From: an uncultured delta proteobacterium
GTDB lineage: Bacteria > Desulfobacterota > RBG-13-43-22
DNA: 64,000 bases
Direction: 5' to 3'
Assembly (NCBI GenBank): GCA_963743305.1
Contig: CAVUPH010000015.1
Location: forward strand, 54,114-118,113
A program made the translations under genes and the position numbers. Below the pieces are notes generated by a model. The model had not been told where the DNA came from. It made no database searches and saw only the letters and a list, made by a program, of their open reading frames with translations. Shown piece by piece: positions 60,833-64,000 of this stretch (position 1 is its first letter; each line of letters starts with the position of its first letter).

Positions 60833-61327
60833 TCAGTCCCCTGCCGGCCGGACCATTCCAGTAACTGGAGGCCGTTTATCTGCACCATAAGCCAGGCTGT
60901 CGAATTTTTCTTTCGATAGAAGGCGGTACGTTCCCACGCCCTTTGTGCAAACGATGCCGCCTGGTTGACTGATCTCGGCGGACAGCCTGACCCGGGGGCC
61001 TTCCCGGGAGGTGATCCGGCAGGATACTTGGAGCGGTTCCTCCAGGTAGACGGGCTTTAAAAATTCCATGCTGAGGTCGGTGGTGACGCCCGGCTCTCCC
61101 GTAAGCCCATGAGTCGCCCAACCCATGATTTCGTCGAATAAACCGGCCTGGATGCCGCCGTGCAAAATATCGCCCAGACCGGCAAACAACCGGGAAGGGA
61201 GAAAATCGGTGGTGAATTCGCCGGTCACCTCATCGAAATAAAATTTGAGCTTCAGCCCAATGGGATTCTTCTCGCCGCAGAAAAAACATTCCTGCCCGGG
61301 ATAATTATTCGGAAGCTCCCTTTTCAT
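60833..61327 (-). CDS. PaaI-family (hotdog) thioesterase
   Basis: CFFCGEKNPIGLKL, LHGGIQAGLFDEIMG, FLKPV. Confidence 0.88.
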   Translation of the reverse strand: MKRELPNNYPGQECFFCGEKNPIGLKLKFYFDEVTGEFTTDFLPSRLFAGLGDILHGGIQAGLFDEIMGWATHGLTGEPGVTTDLSMEFLKPVYLEEPLQVSCRITSREGPRVRLSAEISQPGGIVCTKGVGTYRLLSKEKFDSLAYGADKRPPVTGMVRPAGD

Positions 61328-61499
61328 AACAACCTCGGATCTAACGTATGGGTGGAGTCCCAGTTTATTGGTATTCTCTATCGGGTCTATCCGCTGATCT
61401 AGGCACCTGTATGAGCCGGCTAAACCGATTGACAATTTGATGAACCTAAACCACTTTTAACACAAATTGTTTACTATCGGGAGGGAAAAGATCTCGAAT

Positions 61500-61572
61500 T
61501 TGATTTAGGTCAATGCCTGATTCGTTTCCGTCATAAATAATTAAAACAATCGACACACCATTTTGATATAAT
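61500..61572 (+). promoter_or_regulatory. Candidate FNR/DNR-type box (TTGAT-ttag-GTCAA) and extended -10 (TGATATAAT)
   Basis: One mismatch to TTGAT-N4-ATCAA at 61500-61513; TGnTATAAT at 61564-61572 upstream of the CBS-HPP genes. Confidence 0.45.
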
Positions 61573-61689
61573 TTGTCTATTCTTCGCCTAAAGACCCGGG
61601 CGGAAATTGTTCTTTTTGGATCACCGGAGCCGACCCTGGTAGAAATCACCGCTGCTCCGGGAATTCTCGATCGAAGGAGGCCACCCTGA

Positions 61690-62319
61690 ATGAAAAAACC
61701 GCTACCAGATGCCGCGTTGGAGACTCCGGGCCCCCTGGATCTTTCCGATGAGGACATCTTCAGTGCCATGAAGGAAATGGGCGGGTATATCGATATCACC
61801 GCTGGAGACTTCCAGGCCATCTATCGCCTCGCCCACCGCCTGGCCCTGAAACGTCTGATGGGTGCCATCCGGGCCGGAGACCTGATGACTCGGGAGGTCG
61901 TCTTTGTGGAAAGGATGACCCCCCTGGCCGGCGTGGCTGAGACGATGACCCGTCATAACATCTCCGGTGTGCCGGTAATGGGGGAAAACGGAGACCTGGC
62001 CGGTATGCTTTCCGAAAGGGATTTTCTGAAACATATGTTACCCGAAGGTCCAGGGTCCTTTATCGGCTTAATCGCCGAGTGCCTCCAGACCAAAGGCTGC
62101 CTAGCCGTCCCCATCCGAAAACAAAGCGCCGGGGATATTATGACCTCACCGGCTGTCGTCGTGCACGAAGATACCCCGCTAACGGAGATCATCCGGCTTT
62201 TCCGGGAGCATCGGATCAATCGGACCCCGGTGCTGAACGAACGTGGAAACCTCGTCGGCATCGTGACCCGGGCCGACGTCTTAAGGTCCCTGGTCTCTTT
62301 GACGGCCGGCGAAACCTAA
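61690..62319 (+). CDS. CBS-domain protein (HPP-associated)
   Basis: YIDITAGDF N-terminus; two CBS domains (ISGVPV..GMLSERD; INRTPV..GIVTRAD). Confidence 0.88.
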   Translation: MKKPLPDAALETPGPLDLSDEDIFSAMKEMGGYIDITAGDFQAIYRLAHRLALKRLMGAIRAGDLMTREVVFVERMTPLAGVAETMTRHNISGVPVMGENGDLAGMLSERDFLKHMLPEGPGSFIGLIAECLQTKGCLAVPIRKQSAGDIMTSPAVVVHEDTPLTEIIRLFREHRINRTPVLNERGNLVGIVTRADVLRSLVSLTAGET

Positions 62320-62371
62320 CAAAAAATATTGTATCAATTTAGCCTTTTAAAAGGGACCTTGAAAAGGCCTA

Positions 62372-62437
62372 TTCACCGCAGAGACGCCGATTTTATGAAA
62401 ATAAATTCCTCTGCGTTCTCCGCGCCTCCGCGGTGAA
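62372..62437. repeat. Short TTCACCGC...GCGGTGAA element
   Basis: TTCACCGCAGAGACGC ... CTCTGCGTTCTCCGCGCCTCCGCGGTGAA; half copies at 16951 and 40587. Confidence 0.7.
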
Positions 62438-62483
62438 ATGCTTTTAAAAAAGCTAATAGAATTCGACCGGAAAGGGTTTTTCG

Positions 62484-63021
62484 ATGGACTATCTGGCGAA
62501 AATGAAGGGAAGCACCAAAAGCCCGCCGCGGGTCAGCTTGGCGGAAGTCGGCTGGTCCTGGATCGGGGCTTTTTTAGGGATCGGCCTCGTCGTTTATTTC
62601 GATCAGTTCTTCCTTCAGCCGAGGGACCTGCTGATGATCATCGGCTCCTTTGGGGCCTCGGCGGTCCTGATTTATGGGGCCATTCGGAGCCCTTTGGCCC
62701 AGCCGCGTAATCTGCTGGGAGGCCATATCCTTTCCGCCCTGATTGGGGTCGCCGGTTACCAATCGTTTCCGGGCCAGGTATGGCTGGCCGCGCCCCTGGC
62801 CGTGGCCACGGCGATTGCCGCCATGCATCTCACCAAAACGCTCCACCCGCCGGGAGGCGCCACGGCGCTTATCGCGGTCATCGGCGGCGACAAAATTCAC
62901 CACCTGGGTTTCTATCTACGCCCTGATGCCTGTAGGCCTCGGGGCAGCCGTAATGCTGGTGGTGGCCCTGCTCGTCAACAACATCCCCCGGGGCCGGAGA
63001 TATCCGGAGTTCTGGTTCTAA
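62484..63021 (+). CDS. HPP family membrane protein, frameshift ~62912
   Basis: GSFGASAVLIYG, SPLAQPRN, TLHPPGGATA, then YALMPV..NN..RRYPEFWF*. Confidence 0.88.
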
Positions 63022-63181
63022 GGATCTGTGAACAAATTACTTTGACAAAGCGACACTACAAACATTCGCCCTGAGCTGCGAGCCTGTCGAGCAGTCGAAG
63101 GGTGAACGATACGGCCATACTTCGACAGGCTCAGCATGAACGGAGACCGCGGAATTGTACAGCTTATTTCTTGACGGGTTC
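63022..63181. mobile_element. MITE copy B (inverted relative to copy A), flanked by TAA direct repeats
   Basis: TAA|GGATCTGTGAACAAAT ... TTATTTCTTGACGGGTTC|TAA; left TAA is the HPP stop codon. Confidence 0.82.
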
Positions 63182-63221
63182 TAAGGGGACCGTTTCTTAC
63201 GTCAAATCAAAAGGTATCTCC

Positions 63222-63746
63222 TTGGCTCCTGATCCCTTACTGAAGGCCTTTGCTCCGCTTCTTTTGGCCGAGAACCGTGAAGGGCCGATTCTGGATCTGG
63301 CCTGCGGGGACGGGCATAACGGTCTTTTCCTCGCCGGCCTGGGTCTTCCGGTGATCCTGGCCGATCGATCCCCTGAGGTGTTGGCCAAGGCCGAAAAGGC
63401 GGTGGAGGGGAAAGGCCTCAAAATAGGTTTCTGGAAGATCGATCTGGAAACCGGCGTAAACCCCCTGGAAGAGGAATACTACCGAGGCATCCTGGTCTTC
63501 CGCTACCTCCATCGCCCGCTGATCCCTTGCCTAAAAAAGGGGATGCGCAAAGGAGGAATCCTTATTTATGAAACCTTTACCGTCGAACAATCCCAATACG
63601 GCCGTCCTCACAATCCCGATTTTCTGCTCCATCCCGGTGAACTTTCCGGCTGGTTTAAGGATTGGCAATTGATCCATTATTTTGAGGGCCTCTTGGAAAA
63701 CCCTCCAAGGGCTGTAGCCCAGATCGTTTGTCGAAAACCCTTTTAA
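63222..63746 (+). CDS. Class I SAM-dependent methyltransferase (TehB-like)
   Basis: ILDLACGDGHNG, VFRYLHRPL, GGILIYETF, FLLHPGEL; TTG start inferred. Confidence 0.85.
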   Translation: MAPDPLLKAFAPLLLAENREGPILDLACGDGHNGLFLAGLGLPVILADRSPEVLAKAEKAVEGKGLKIGFWKIDLETGVNPLEEEYYRGILVFRYLHRPLIPCLKKGMRKGGILIYETFTVEQSQYGRPHNPDFLLHPGELSGWFKDWQLIHYFEGLLENPPRAVAQIVCRKPF

Positions 63747-64000
63747 TTTAAGTCGGAAGACATCCGGTGGATGGATACCATTCATGGAAAATAGGCAGGT
63801 TAATCCATTGATTGTCATTAACAATCTGAAGGTTTGGGAGGCTGTTATTTGGGCAGGCTCGGGAATTTTTTGAAGACGACCGGGGGCTATCGGAAGAGGT
63901 ACTTCCTGTACTGGTGTTTTTGACTATTGGCCAAAACGGAATGATTTCTAACGCAAAGTACTACTGCCCGACCCCTGGGGCCTCAATAACTGGCCAGGGA

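Noticed and set aside
63750-64000. Possible gene end or RNA at the right edge
   Set aside because: No sustained ORF or recognisable structure; truncated by the window.
1-64000. tRNA, rRNA, known riboswitches, prophage, integrase or transposase genes
   Set aside because: None recognised on either strand by inspection; covariance-model searches were not possible.

Overview
GC-rich bacterial chromosomal segment, probably from an anaerobic Desulfobacterota/deltaproteobacterium (inferred from gene content). About 47 kb is a fatty-acid/acyl-CoA catabolic region: three Liv-type ABC transporter operons, two acyl-CoA ligases, four acyl-CoA dehydrogenase-family genes, two thiolases, a FadB-like multifunctional enzyme, a 3-hydroxyacyl-CoA dehydrogenase, an ACAD10/11 (LvaA/LvaC)-like kinase+ACAD+phosphatase module, two DUF362 Fe-S paralogues, a carboxyltransferase, an OYE-family enzyme, and TetR/MerR regulators. 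This is followed by an FNOR-cooF-cooS CO dehydrogenase operon, a PIN toxin-antitoxin pair, a long Lhr helicase and miscellaneous genes (Spy/CpxP, EcsC, stand-alone ThrRS editing domain, PaaI, CBS, HPP, methyltransferase). About ten genes carry single-base frameshifts, most likely sequencing or assembly errors. The most striking non-coding signal is that many intergenic gaps hold short palindromic elements from roughly nine families, with no transposase in the window. These include nested elements (a shared outer inverted-repeat shell around a conserved inner palindrome with a unique 25-38 nt spacer), a two-copy MITE with TAA target duplications, and 7/8-nt periodic inverted arrays. Several tiny gene remnants lie near these elements. 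All calls are by eye from sequence and motifs; no searches were run.
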